DNA from: an uncultured Chloroflexia bacterium
GTDB lineage: Bacteria > Chloroflexota > Limnocylindria > Limnocylindrales > CSP1-4
NCBI GenBank assembly: GCA_963752475.1
Contig: CAVVYR010000029.1
Location: 1 to 64,000 of the forward strand
Direction of reading: 5' to 3'
DNA: 64,000 nt
Shown here piece by piece: positions 40,071-50,111 of this stretch. The notes under the pieces were generated by a model. The model was not told the DNA's origin. It searched no databases and saw only the letters and a program-made list of their open reading frames with translations. The translations under genes and the position numbers were made by a program. The stretch's first letter is position 1. Each line of letters opens with the position of its first letter.

Positions 40071-41672
40071 CTACCCCTGCGGCTGGGCGCCAGCCAGGAG
40101 GCTGTCGCTGGGCTTGTCGGTGAAGCGAGTGGCCGCTTCCATGATGGCTTCCTGGTCGAACGCCTCCCGCTCGAACTGACCCGTCAGGCGACCGTCGCAG
40201 AGCACATAGATGCGGTCGCAAACAGCTAGCAGCTCGGGCATCTCGCTCGACACCAGTAGGAAGGCCGTGCCGTTCTTGGCCAGCTGTCCAACCAGCTGGT
40301 AGATCTCGGCCTTGGCGCCCACGTCGATCCCTCGCGTAGGTTCGTCGAGGAGGAAGAGCGAGATCTCGCTCAGCAGGAACTTGCCGATGACGACCTTCTG
40401 CTGATTACCGCCGCTGAGGCTGGCGACCATGGTGTCGATGCTCGGAGTCTTGATGCTCAGGTCTTCCACGACGCGGCTAACGGCCTGCTTCTCAGCGCGC
40501 TGGCTGATGACGCGCAGCCGATTGGTGAACTGGCCCAGCGAGGCCAGCGTGGCGTTGGCTGTCACTGACTGCTCCAGTACCAGGCTCTGCAGCTTGCGGT
40601 CCTCGGCCACCAGCCCCAGGCCGCGGGCGATGGCGTCCTGTGGCGAATCGAAGACGACCCGCTGACCCTTGAGGAAGATGCTGCCGCTCAGGCTCTCGGG
40701 TGGGTATGCCCCGAAGACGGCCTCCAGTAGCTGGGTGCGTCCGGCACCCATGAGGCCGGCCACGCCCACGATCTCGCCCTCGCGTACGTTGACCGAGACA
40801 TCGTCGAGCACATGCGTGCGGCCCTGGCGGTAGGTCAGGTGCTCGACCCGCAGGACCTCCTCGCCTGTCTCAACGGGCACCTTGGGGTAGAGCTCGTCCA
40901 GGTCCCGACCGACCATCAAGCTGATGAGCTCGCGGCGGGGCAGTTCCGCGGCCCTGCCATGGCCCACAACGCGGCCGTCACGCAGGACGGTGATGCGATC
41001 GGTGATGGCGTAGACCTCGTCGAGCCGGTGCGAGATGTAGACGACGGCCACGTCGTGCTCGCGCAACCCTCGGATGACACCGAAGAGGTACTCGACCTCG
41101 CTATCGCTGAGCGCTGAGGTCGGCTCGTCCATGACGAGGACCCTGGTATCGAGACTAAGAGCCTTGGCGATCTCGACCAACTGGCGTTGGCTCACGCGCA
41201 GGCGGTCGATGGTGCGATCCGTGTCGATGTCCAGCCCGAGGCGTGACATCAGTTCCTCGGCCGCCTTGCGCATGGCGCCCCGGTCGATCGTGCCCAGACG
41301 GGTCTTCATCTCGCGACCCAGGAAGATGTTCTCGAAGACCGACAGCTCCGGCACCAGGTTCAGCTCCTGGTGGATCATGGCTACACCGCTGTCGATGGCC
41401 TCGCGTGTGCTGTCGAAGGCGACCGGTTCGCCATCGAGCAGCATCGAGCCGTCGTACTCGGTATAGATGCCGCTCATGATCTTCATCAGGGTGGACTTGC
41501 CCGCACCGTTCTCTCCCACCAGGCCGTGGACCTGGCCCACGTGCACGTCGAACGAGACGTCGTCGAGGGCGACCACGCCAGGGAAACGCTTGGTGATGTT
41601 GCGCATGACCATGTGAGGCGGCACAGCCGTGACCCCCATCGCTCCCCCATCAGCCGGTCGCGGGTCGGTCAT
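40071..41672 (-). CDS. Sugar ABC transporter ATP-binding protein
   Basis: GENGAGKS, LSGGNQQK and DEPTRGIDVGAK. Confidence 0.92.
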   Translation of the reverse strand: MTDPRPADGGAMGVTAVPPHMVMRNITKRFPGVVALDDVSFDVHVGQVHGLVGENGAGKSTLMKIMSGIYTEYDGSMLLDGEPVAFDSTREAIDSGVAMIHQELNLVPELSVFENIFLGREMKTRLGTIDRGAMRKAAEELMSRLGLDIDTDRTIDRLRVSQRQLVEIAKALSLDTRVLVMDEPTSALSDSEVEYLFGVIRGLREHDVAVVYISHRLDEVYAITDRITVLRDGRVVGHGRAAELPRRELISLMVGRDLDELYPKVPVETGEEVLRVEHLTYRQGRTHVLDDVSVNVREGEIVGVAGLMGAGRTQLLEAVFGAYPPESLSGSIFLKGQRVVFDSPQDAIARGLGLVAEDRKLQSLVLEQSVTANATLASLGQFTNRLRVISQRAEKQAVSRVVEDLSIKTPSIDTMVASLSGGNQQKVVIGKFLLSEISLFLLDEPTRGIDVGAKAEIYQLVGQLAKNGTAFLLVSSEMPELLAVCDRIYVLCDGRLTGQFEREAFDQEAIMEAATRFTDKPSDSLLAGAQPQG

Positions 41673-42052
41673 CGCGAGGTGGTGGCGATGATGATGCCCA
41701 CGGCTCGCTCGGCCGCCATCGCGCCAAAGCTGGCCGCCTCTCGCTCAGGACTCTCATCGGTGCTGGAGAGCATCAGCGTGTAGCCGTGGCGCTGGGCCAC
41801 ATCTTCGGCACCGCGGGTCACGGCGGTGAAGAAGGGATTGCCGATGTCGCCGCTGACCAGGCCCAGAATGCGAGCGGTATCCGCGCGCATGTTGCGGGCC
41901 AGGTTGTTGGGGATGTACTCCAGGTCGTCAGCGGCATCGATGATGACCCTGAGCGCGGTGGTGCTGACCTGTCTGGGATCTCCTGAAAGCGCGCGTGAGA
42001 CCGTCGCGACGAATACCCCGGCCCGCTCTGCGACATCAGCCATCGTTGGCAT
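41669..42052 (-). pseudogene. LacI-family regulator, truncated (127 aa)
   Basis: PTMADVAERAGV.VATVSRAL, YIPN and NPFF; most of the ligand-binding domain is missing. Confidence 0.75.
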
Positions 42053-42174
42053 CTGCGGTCCCTGGTCCCCTCCCCGGGATGCGTCTCATGAAACCGATCT
42101 CGGGTCCCTGACGCGCATGCCCAACGTGATCCACGCATGATTCGAACGCCACGCAAGACCTCTGCCAAGGGTAG

Positions 42175-42188
42175 TGAAACCGATTACA
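42175..42188. promoter_or_regulatory. LacI-family operator
   Basis: TGAAACCGATTACA fits the TGWAAxCGxTTxCA pattern; upstream of the lacI-led operon. Confidence 0.65.
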
Positions 42189-42428
42189 TGACTGAAGTCA
42201 ATGATCCGGCTCTCGCCCATCGCACGAGTTCGATACACTGAATCCGGCATCCGATGTCGAACGCCCAGCGATCCCACTTGTGCCCTGCGCAGCAGCGTGA
42301 GTTGCGAATAGGGCATCGTCAATCCGGTGCGGCTCGAGCGCTCGTTGATCGGCGCCGACGACGTGCTCCTCGGGCGCGAGGCCGGCAGCCAGGCCGCGGC
42401 GGCGGCCCCAAGAGCGCGAAAACGGCGG

Positions 42429-43040
42429 TCAGTCCTGCCAGCAGGCGGGCACGGGTGTCGTCTCGGGTCCGGGCTCCCAGCTCGGATCACGCCAGCCGGC
42501 CACCGTCTCCGACCCACGCTCGATGACGATCTCGCTGGAGGCCGTGACCCAGGCGATGAGCTGCTGGACCTGACGGTCGCTGAGATGGCCCTTCGGCTGC
42601 TTATAGGCGAGCATGAGGCTGGCCGGATCGCCACAGACGTAGCTGCCACCCTCGGTCAGCAGCTCGTCGATGAAGAGCGGATCGAGATAGCCGCCGCCAG
42701 GCTCACCGGCCGGCGTCAGAGCCTCGAAGAGCTTGGCCTGATCGTTGAGGGTGGGACCAGTCCCGCCCTGGCCGTCGGGGCCATGACACGCCGCGCAGTT
42801 GATCTGGTACAGGCCGAAGCCACGCGCGACGTCGGTGACGAGCTGGGCCTCGGCCGAACCGTCGTCGACCGGCGTCGGCGTGCGCGTGGCCGATGCGGAT
42901 GCGGTCGCTTGGGATGGGCTGGGCGGGTCGGTGGCTGTGAGCGGAGCGGAAGACCAGTCACTGCCCGTCTCGCTGGTGCATGCCACGGCCACCATGGGCA
43001 ACACGAGCAGCGCGACCCAGACCAACGGCTGAGTCCTCAC
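42429..43040 (-). CDS. Cytochrome c lipoprotein (start uncertain)
   Basis: Lipobox AVAC; heme motif CAACH; GPTLN. Confidence 0.75.
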   Translation of the reverse strand: MRTQPLVWVALLVLPMVAVACTSETGSDWSSAPLTATDPPSPSQATASASATRTPTPVDDGSAEAQLVTDVARGFGLYQINCAACHGPDGQGGTGPTLNDQAKLFEALTPAGEPGGGYLDPLFIDELLTEGGSYVCGDPASLMLAYKQPKGHLSDRQVQQLIAWVTASSEIVIERGSETVAGWRDPSWEPGPETTPVPACWQD

Positions 43041-43233
43041 TACTGGCCCTGATCCTGGGTAACGACGCTTCGCTCCACGATGCACCACCCCCCGTTCGTG
43101 CGTTCGCTCTACCCATGGTGCCACGCACGGAGGCGTACGGACCCGGATGTGCCGCGACTGACTCCTCCGCTGGGGATGGTGGGCAGCGCCAGGCCACCGC
43201 TACGCCAGCGGCACCCGGCGTGAGGCACTTGCC

Positions 43234-44208
43234 CTAGGGCAGCAACACCGTCGATCCGGTGGTCTTTCGAGCCTCGAGGTCTCGATGTGCCCGCGCCGCA
43301 TCGGCCAGCGGGTAGGTCTGGTTGATCTCGATCTTGACCGAGCCGTCCTCGATGGCCTCGAAGAGCTCGTTCGAGCCGGCCACGAGGTCCTCGCGCTCGG
43401 CGGTGTAGTCCATGAGCGTCGGTCGGGTCAGGTAGAGCGAACCCCTGGCCGCGAGTTCGACGGGCGCGAACGGCGGTACCGCCCCCGAGGCGTTGCCGAA
43501 GCTGACCATCGTGCCGAAGCGCTCAAGACTGTCGAGTGACGCATCCCAGGTGTCCGCCCCGACTCCGTCGTAGACCACGGGCACGCCGACCCCATCGGTC
43601 AACTCGCGAACGCGTGCGGCCACTTCTTCGCGGCGATAGTCGATGACGTGGTCGCAACCATGCGCCCGCGCGAGCCCAGCCTTCTCCTCGCTCCCAGCGG
43701 TGCCGATGACGGTCGCGCCCAGGCTCTTGGCCCACTGGCAGGCGATGAGCCCAACGCCACCGGCAGCGGCGTGGAAGAGGATGGTCTCCCCGGCCTCGAG
43801 GCGGTATGTCCTCCGAAGGAGGTACCAGGCCGTGAGCCCCTTGAGCATCGCGGCTGCCGCGGTGCCCTCGTCGATGGTGGCGGGCAGGCGTACCACTCGG
43901 GCAGCCGGCATCAGCCGCTCCTCGGCGTACGCGCCCAGCGGTCCGGAGGCGTAGGCCACGCGGTCACCCACGGACAGGTCCGCCACCTCCGACCCCACGG
44001 CCTCGACGACGCCGGCAGCCTCCAGGCCGAGTCCGCTCGGCAGTTCGAGCGGGTAGAGCCCACCGCGGTGGTACGTGTCGATGTAGTTGAGGCCCACCGC
44101 GGAGTGCCGGATGCGGACCTCGGCGGGACCGGGATCACCGACGTCGACCGTCTCCCAGTTGAGGACCTCGGGGCCACCGGTGGCGTGGATGCGAACGGCG
44201 TTGCTCAT
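43234..44208 (-). CDS. qor: NADPH:quinone oxidoreductase (zeta-crystallin family)
   Basis: GLNYIDTYHRGGLYP, HAAAGGVG, YDGVG, SFGNASG and KTTGS. Confidence 0.9.
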   Translation of the reverse strand: MSNAVRIHATGGPEVLNWETVDVGDPGPAEVRIRHSAVGLNYIDTYHRGGLYPLELPSGLGLEAAGVVEAVGSEVADLSVGDRVAYASGPLGAYAEERLMPAARVVRLPATIDEGTAAAAMLKGLTAWYLLRRTYRLEAGETILFHAAAGGVGLIACQWAKSLGATVIGTAGSEEKAGLARAHGCDHVIDYRREEVAARVRELTDGVGVPVVYDGVGADTWDASLDSLERFGTMVSFGNASGAVPPFAPVELAARGSLYLTRPTLMDYTAEREDLVAGSNELFEAIEDGSVKIEINQTYPLADAARAHRDLEARKTTGSTVLLP

Positions 44209-44235
44209 GACCCCAGTCTACCTGCCGGTCGGGGC

Positions 44236-44284
44236 TTGACTAACGAAACGCGCCGTATCATAATGAATTACGAAACGAGCCGAC
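44236..44284 (+). promoter_or_regulatory. Sigma70-type promoter with direct-repeat operator
   Basis: TTGACT-N17-CATAAT; ACGAAACGnGCCG occurs twice, 27 bp apart. Confidence 0.65.
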
Positions 44285-44307
44285 TAGTAATTGATAGGAG
44301 TCACGAC

Positions 44308-44583
44308 GTGGCCTTCCCCACCACCGCCGAGCAGGACCTCACCACCCGCGAGCTGAACGCCCGTGAGCACGCCCGTGCCGTCGACCTCATCGAGTCGGCC
44401 GAGCGCAGCGCTCCCTACTGCCTCTGTGGCGCCCACATGTTGGCCGTCGCCGACGAAAGCGATGCCGTCTGGCTGGAGTGCTCCGAGCGCGGCCGCGAGC
44501 GCAACGCCCTCAGCGCTCTCTACGCCAAGCTCACCGGCTGGACCCACACCCGACGCATGATCATGGACCAGCCGGGCCGGTAG
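44308..44583 (+). CDS. Small hypothetical protein with CxC..C..H (possible Zn site)
   Basis: RBS AGGAG, GTG start; YCLCGAHM...WLECS...HTRR; has its own promoter and downstream hairpin. Confidence 0.65.
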   Translation: MAFPTTAEQDLTTRELNAREHARAVDLIESAERSAPYCLCGAHMLAVADESDAVWLECSERGRERNALSALYAKLTGWTHTRRMIMDQPGR

Positions 44584-44608
44584 CTAACGCTCCCTCCCCC
44601 GCCAGGCA

Positions 44609-44636
44609 CGACCCGCCTTCGACCCAAGGCGGGTCG
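44609..44636 (+). terminator. GC-rich hairpin (probable terminator)
   Basis: CGACCCGCCTT-N6-AAGGCGGGTCG, perfect 11-bp stem. Confidence 0.6.
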
Positions 44637-44835
44637 CTCGATTCCCGGTGCCCGCCACACGTCCGGGCTTCGTGACTGTCCTTCGCCGTGAGCCCGCACC
44701 GTAGACCTCGCGCAGACGGTCGATCGCCTCCAAGAACGCCAGCCGAGCCGAGCGGGTCACGGGCCCCTCCGTGGCTCGCTCATCCTGTGACCGATGGACC
44801 GTGCACGACGGCGCGCGAAAGGGAATCATCGGAGC

Positions 44836-45210
44836 GTGAAGACCGACGACTCGGGCTGGAGGGCGCTGCCTGCGCCGGCGCTGGCCTTTCGACTGTTGCA
44901 CATCACATGGGGCATCGTGGCCATGGGCGCGTTGGCCAACGTCTGGATGCATGCCGCGCGCCGCACCCGGAGCCGACTACTGTGGGCAGGGGTCGCGATG
45001 CTCGTTTCGCAAGCTGCGGGTCTGGTCATCGGCCGAGGCGACTGCCCGCTCGGGCCGTTCCAACGCAGACTCGGTGACCCGGTCCCGATGTTCGAGTTGG
45101 CCCTGCCGCCGCGCGCAGCCAAGGCCTCCATCCCCACGCTCTTCGTGATCGGCGTTGCCGGCCTGGTCCTCCTTCTGATGCGCCCACCGATGAAGGCGCG
45201 ACCGACCTAG
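44836..45210 (+). CDS. Small membrane protein (DUF2784-like)
   Basis: Three hydrophobic segments; GDCPLG motif. Confidence 0.55.
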   Translation: MKTDDSGWRALPAPALAFRLLHITWGIVAMGALANVWMHAARRTRSRLLWAGVAMLVSQAAGLVIGRGDCPLGPFQRRLGDPVPMFELALPPRAAKASIPTLFVIGVAGLVLLLMRPPMKARPT

Positions 45211-45761
45211 CCTTCGGTCGGCTCCATCATCTCGAGCAGCTTCGTGGTGGTGTTCCAGTTGCGGATGGTCATGCGCTGGTAGAACGGGTGCGAGGCGATC
45301 TTCGAGAGCCCGCTCTTGGATGCCAATGCGGCCTTGCGGCTGACGTAGACGACACCCGGGCCGGGCCACGCGTCGTCGACGCCATCGCGCAACTTCAGGA
45401 CCTCGAGCACCTCCTCGGACGTCAGTGGCGGCAACAGGAAGAGCACGTCGTAGCGGTAGGTGTCCCTGTCCGTGCCGAAGCCCGACGGGGCAGCGTCGAC
45501 CACGGCCTCCAGCTCGGACCGATCCCGCAACTCCACCGTCGCGGCGTAGTCGAAGGCCTCGGCCAACAGCCGCTCGAGTGCTCCCCGGAGAGCCTCGCGA
45601 TCACGTTCGCCGGACCCGAAGACGACGTTGCCGCTCTGGATGTACGTGCGCACATCGTCGTAGCCGGCATCCTTGAAGCAGACCCGCAGATCGGCCATCA
45701 GGATGCGGTTCCGCCCACCGACGTTGATCCCGCGCAGCAATGCCACGTGCCTCGTCCTCAT
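45207..45761 (-). CDS. DUF1697 domain protein
   Basis: ALLRGINVGG, VRTYIQSGNV and TIRNWNT. Confidence 0.9.
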   Translation of the reverse strand: MRTRHVALLRGINVGGRNRILMADLRVCFKDAGYDDVRTYIQSGNVVFGSGERDREALRGALERLLAEAFDYAATVELRDRSELEAVVDAAPSGFGTDRDTYRYDVLFLLPPLTSEEVLEVLKLRDGVDDAWPGPGVVYVSRKAALASKSGLSKIASHPFYQRMTIRNWNTTTKLLEMMEPTEG

Positions 45762-45852
45762 CGCCGCAGGATAGACGGGTGACTCATCGGCAGCATCGGC
45801 TGGGACCATCGACGGGTGTCCGGTCGCGGTCGGCGCTCGTACCGTTCCGGCC

Positions 45853-46368
45853 ATGGATACACGCACGCTTGGCTACGTCGGCCTTGGCGTCCTCGCCGGC
45901 ATCGTCGTGGCGACACTCATCGGCATCTCACCGGTCATCTGGATCGCGGCCGCGATCGTGGCTCTCGTCGGCACCGCGGCCATTCTGATGGCCCGATCCG
46001 ACGGCTCGAACGACGCCGCTCGCATGCTCGCCCACGAGGCACCAGCGACCCCGGCACCGCTGCCCGCACGCACATCCGATGTCGAGATGGAGCTCGTGAG
46101 TGAGGCTGACGCGTCGGTCGACACGCCCGCCGTCTGGCTCCACCGCCGTGGCGGCCGTCGGGTGCACCGCTTCGAAACCCCCGATGGCTGGGTCGTCGAG
46201 CGCGTCTCGACCAAGGATCCCGACAACCCCAGGAAGCGCGTCATCGGTGATCCGTTGACGCTCACGAGCGAGGCCGACGCCATCACCGCCGCCGACGAAC
46301 TGGCCCAGGGACAGGCCCCGACGACGCCCGTTCTCGACCGGCCCGTTCTCGTCGCAGCCGAGGCCTAG
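45853..46368 (+). CDS. Hypothetical membrane-anchored protein
   Basis: Two N-terminal TM segments; coding-like GC3. Confidence 0.6.
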   Translation: MDTRTLGYVGLGVLAGIVVATLIGISPVIWIAAAIVALVGTAAILMARSDGSNDAARMLAHEAPATPAPLPARTSDVEMELVSEADASVDTPAVWLHRRGGRRVHRFETPDGWVVERVSTKDPDNPRKRVIGDPLTLTSEADAITAADELAQGQAPTTPVLDRPVLVAAEA

Positions 46369-46375
46369 ACGCGCC

Positions 46376-47371
46376 CTACGGCCACGGCCACGTCGAGATC
46401 CAGCGCGCCAGCACGAGCGAGAGGCCGTACAACGCCGCGACGGCGATGACCCCGAGGGCGGTCGTCACCCGCCGGCTGCGTCCGCTCGGGTAGAGCCACC
46501 AGCCGAAGATCCGGTCGGCAGCCGGCACCAGGACCCATCCGAGCGCCGCGACCGAAGCGATGTTGGCCAGGAACAGCGCCAGCCAGAATGGCACGCCGTT
46601 GCCCACCAACAGCGGGTCCTGCACGAAGAACGCGGTCAGGAAGACCATCGGGTAGAGCACCAGCAGCACCAGCATGTTGCGTTTCCAGGCCGGCGCCGCG
46701 CTTCCCTCCCCGCCGGTGTTGAACCAGGCGTCGAGCTCGTTGCGCACGATATGGACGCGGGCACGCTCATCGAAGGAGGCGCCGTCGGCGAGCAACTCGG
46801 CCCGCTCCCGGGATGAGAGCCAGGCACGCATGTGGGCATCGGTGTCGTAGCTGAGGATGGCGATCCAGTCGTCCTGGATGCCGGTGATCGGGGGCTCGAC
46901 CTGGTAGCTGATGAAGCCCTCGAAGGCCGCCTGGGCCGCGGCCACACGCGTCGACCAGTCGAGGAACTCGTCCTCGTGGCCGGGGTCGACGCGCGTCGTG
47001 AACAGCGCCGAGACGACGCCGCGGCGCCGGGGATCAGAGGTGTAGAGATGGATGTCGACCTCTCCGGTCGCGACCGACTCGACCTCAGCGAGCAGCTGTC
47101 GATGCTCCTCGGAGTGGACCCACGAGCTCGCTGCCGCGCGGTCGACGAAGCGGTGCACCAGGACCCAGTCCTCGTCGAAGCCCGGGGTCGGGCGCGTGAG
47201 GTCGTAGTCGATGTGGCCCTCGCTGACCTGGGCCTGGCCGTTGTAGCGCCGGAGCCACTCCTCGAAGGCCTCGCGCTGGCTGGCTCGCACGTCGACCTGC
47301 GTGACGACGAGCTCGGGCGCACCCGGCTGTGCCATCAGATCCTGCCGGGTCCAGCTTCGGGGTTCGGTCAC
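46376..47371 (-). CDS. Antibiotic biosynthesis monooxygenase (ABM) domain membrane protein
   Basis: Two ABM-like repeats (W..S.ER) plus C-terminal PAWK..LVLLVLYP TM region. Confidence 0.75.
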   Translation of the reverse strand: MTEPRSWTRQDLMAQPGAPELVVTQVDVRASQREAFEEWLRRYNGQAQVSEGHIDYDLTRPTPGFDEDWVLVHRFVDRAAASSWVHSEEHRQLLAEVESVATGEVDIHLYTSDPRRRGVVSALFTTRVDPGHEDEFLDWSTRVAAAQAAFEGFISYQVEPPITGIQDDWIAILSYDTDAHMRAWLSSRERAELLADGASFDERARVHIVRNELDAWFNTGGEGSAAPAWKRNMLVLLVLYPMVFLTAFFVQDPLLVGNGVPFWLALFLANIASVAALGWVLVPAADRIFGWWLYPSGRSRRVTTALGVIAVAALYGLSLVLARWISTWPWP

Positions 47372-47780
47372 CTCGATCGATCACTCACGGGTCAACCGTA
47401 CCTGACGAGAAGGGCCAAATGGACGGCTGCGCAAATCCGGTCGCCGTGCGAGATTCCTCGTGGTCGCATCCTTCTCGAGGGACCGCGAACGATGTCGTCG
47501 TTGCCGGGTCACACCTGGCAAGGGACCGACGGCCAGCCGCACGAAACGGGTCGCCCCAGCCGAACTCCGAGCACATCGAGTCGGGACTCGCGCCGAGCGT
47601 GACTGCTGCAGCCGGACCCATCGCGGACCACCCTCGAACTGCCGTGGGATGAAGACCACCGCCCATAGCCGTGGCCGCACTCGACCGTGACTTCGCCTGC
47701 GCGAAGTGAGAGCGGAGCGGGCACTCGATGTCTCCATGGCCGGGCGGAGGCCAAACACGTACGAGCGATCCGCCTTGCGC

Positions 47781-48665
47781 ATGCCACTCCGCCACCTCCG
47801 ATACCTCGTGCTCGCGGCCCTCGCTGTGGCCATCCTGCTGCCGGCCCCAGCCGGCGCGGCTCTCGATGGCGCCGTCGTCGCGACCGACAAGATGGCCGCT
47901 GCCGAAGCTCGGCTCCTGCGTGAGATCAACGAGATCCGCGCGATGAACGGCCGAGCCCCGCTGCGCCTGGACAAGCGCACCAGCCACGTCGCCCGTTCCC
48001 GCTCGCTGGACATGGCCGCAAAGCGCTACTTCGACCACACCGAGCCTGATGGCGACGAAGCCGAGGACATCCTCGATCGGCGGGACATCGAGGCCAGGGA
48101 GGTGACCGAGAACATCGGCCACACCGTGGGGCTCACGCTCAAGGCCGGGTCGAGCCGGATGGCCGACTGGTGGTATCACTCGCCGCCACACCGCGTGCAG
48201 ATGCTGGCGAACGATGTCAACTACGTGGGCATCGGCATCGCTCGATACGGCAGCCGCTTCACGTACACCGCGATCTTCACGCGTTCACCCGACAAGACCA
48301 GCCCGCGTGTGGCCGTCGAAGCGAAGCGCTGGTACAGCGGCGCTGATGGCACGGAGATCATGCTCGACTGGCATGGCGTCGATCCCAAGCTCGCGACCGG
48401 CACCGCCGGCATCAAGCGGTTCGAGGTCCAGCGCGTCACCCCGCTCGGCGACTGGGCGCGGGTCGAGACCGATCCACGCAAGTCGAAGGTGAAGCTCAAG
48501 ACCCTTGGCGGCGGCGACCAGCACGTACGCGTCCGCGCCATCGACAAAGCCGGCAACAAGGGACCTTGGAAGTACGCCCGATTCGACCTTCCCGATACCC
48601 TGCCGAGCCGTGTGATGGACGCCACCCCGACGCGCACCCCGACCCTCGACACCGACCTGGCCTAG
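47781..48665 (+). CDS. CAP/SCP domain secreted protein
   Basis: INEIRA..G.APL, YFDH, ENIG, WYHSPPHR and VGIG; Ig/FN3-like tail VRAIDKAGN. Confidence 0.85.
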   Translation: MPLRHLRYLVLAALAVAILLPAPAGAALDGAVVATDKMAAAEARLLREINEIRAMNGRAPLRLDKRTSHVARSRSLDMAAKRYFDHTEPDGDEAEDILDRRDIEAREVTENIGHTVGLTLKAGSSRMADWWYHSPPHRVQMLANDVNYVGIGIARYGSRFTYTAIFTRSPDKTSPRVAVEAKRWYSGADGTEIMLDWHGVDPKLATGTAGIKRFEVQRVTPLGDWARVETDPRKSKVKLKTLGGGDQHVRVRAIDKAGNKGPWKYARFDLPDTLPSRVMDATPTRTPTLDTDLA

Positions 48666-48731
48666 CCGGCTCGGCCCCCGCCACCGCCCGCTCGGTGCGA
48701 GACTGGGAGCTCACCGAGAACCGAGGGAGCC

Positions 48732-50111
48732 ATGGCCTACAAGACGATCATCGAGCCGTTCCGTGTCCATACCGTGCAGGCCATCGACCTGCCCGACCGA
48801 GAGGCTCGTGAGGTCGCCCTCGTCCGCGCCGGCTACAACCTCTTCGGGCTCCATGCCGACGAGGTCATCATCGACCTGCTGACTGACTCGGGCACGGGCG
48901 CGATGTCCACCCGGCAGTGGTCCGGGATGATGCTGGGCGACGAGTCGTATGCCGGCTCCCGCTCGTTCTACCGCTTCGAGGAGGTCGTGCGCGACCTCAC
49001 CGGCTACACCGAGATCATCCCCACCCACCAGGGCCGCGCGGCCGAGAAGATCCTCTTCAGTGTGGCCGTCGACGACGGCGACCTGGTGCCCAACAACACG
49101 CACTTCGACACCACCCGCGCCAACGTCGAGTACCAGGGCGCGACGGCCTTCGACTGCGTCTGCGCCGAGGGCCAGGACCCGTCGCTCGAAGCGCCCTTCA
49201 AGGGCAACGTCGACATCGCACGGCTGCGTGCCACGATCGAGGAGCGCGGGGTCGAGAAGGTGCCGCTGGTGATGGTCACGGTGACCAACAACTCGGGCGG
49301 TGGGCAGCCGGTGTCGATGGCCAACCTGCGCGAGGTACGGGCGGTCTGCGACGAGTTCGGCATCCCCATGTTCCTCGACGCCTGCCGCTTCGCCGAGAAC
49401 GCCTGGTTCATCAAGATGCGCGAGGATGGCTACGCGGACGCGACGCCCAAGGAGATCGCGCAGGAGATGTTCTCCATCGCCGATGGCTGCACGGTCTCGG
49501 CGAAGAAGGACGGCATGGCCAACATCGGCGGGTTCCTGGCGCTCAACGATCGGGAGTGGGCGCTGCAGGCGCGCAACCTGCTCATCCTTACCGAGGGCTT
49601 CCCGACCTACGGCGGCCTTGCCGGCTACGACCTCGAGGCCATCGCCACGGGCCTGGAGGAGGTACTCGACGAGAACTACCTGCACTACCGCATCCGTTCG
49701 ACCGAGTACCTCGCGGACACCGTGCACCAGGCGGGCATCCCGACCGTGCGCCCTGCCGGCGGCCACGCCGTCTACCTCGACGCGGCGGCGTTGCTGCCGC
49801 ATATCCCGGCGCACGAGTACCCCGCCCAGGCGCTGGCCGTCGAACTCTATCGAGCGGGTGGCGTGCGTGGTGTCGAGATCGGCACGGTCATGTTCGGCCG
49901 AGCCCGTGAGGGCGAGCCCGACGAGCCAGCGACCATGGAGCTCGTGCGCCTGGCCATCCCGCGGCGGATGTACACGCAGAGCCACATCGACTACGTGGGC
50001 GAGGTCATCATCGACGTCGCCTCACGTGCCGCCGACATGCGCGGCTACCGCATCGTCGAACAGGCGCCCTGGCTGCGCCACTTCACCGCCCGCCTGGAAC
50101 CGCTCGGCTAG
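48732..50111 (+). CDS. tnaA: Tryptophanase
   Basis: IDLLTDSGT, HQGRAAE, HFDTT, SAKKDG and C-terminal LRHFTA (His typical of TnaA; tyrosine phenol-lyase has LRFFTA). Confidence 0.88.
   Translation: MAYKTIIEPFRVHTVQAIDLPDREAREVALVRAGYNLFGLHADEVIIDLLTDSGTGAMSTRQWSGMMLGDESYAGSRSFYRFEEVVRDLTGYTEIIPTHQGRAAEKILFSVAVDDGDLVPNNTHFDTTRANVEYQGATAFDCVCAEGQDPSLEAPFKGNVDIARLRATIEERGVEKVPLVMVTVTNNSGGGQPVSMANLREVRAVCDEFGIPMFLDACRFAENAWFIKMREDGYADATPKEIAQEMFSIADGCTVSAKKDGMANIGGFLALNDREWALQARNLLILTEGFPTYGGLAGYDLEAIATGLEEVLDENYLHYRIRSTEYLADTVHQAGIPTVRPAGGHAVYLDAAALLPHIPAHEYPAQALAVELYRAGGVRGVEIGTVMFGRAREGEPDEPATMELVRLAIPRRMYTQSHIDYVGEVIIDVASRAADMRGYRIVEQAPWLRHFTARLEPLG

Noticed and set aside
48666-48731. tnaC leader peptide before tryptophanase
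   Set aside because: The intergenic gap is only about 66 bp, with no suitable Trp-containing leader ORF.
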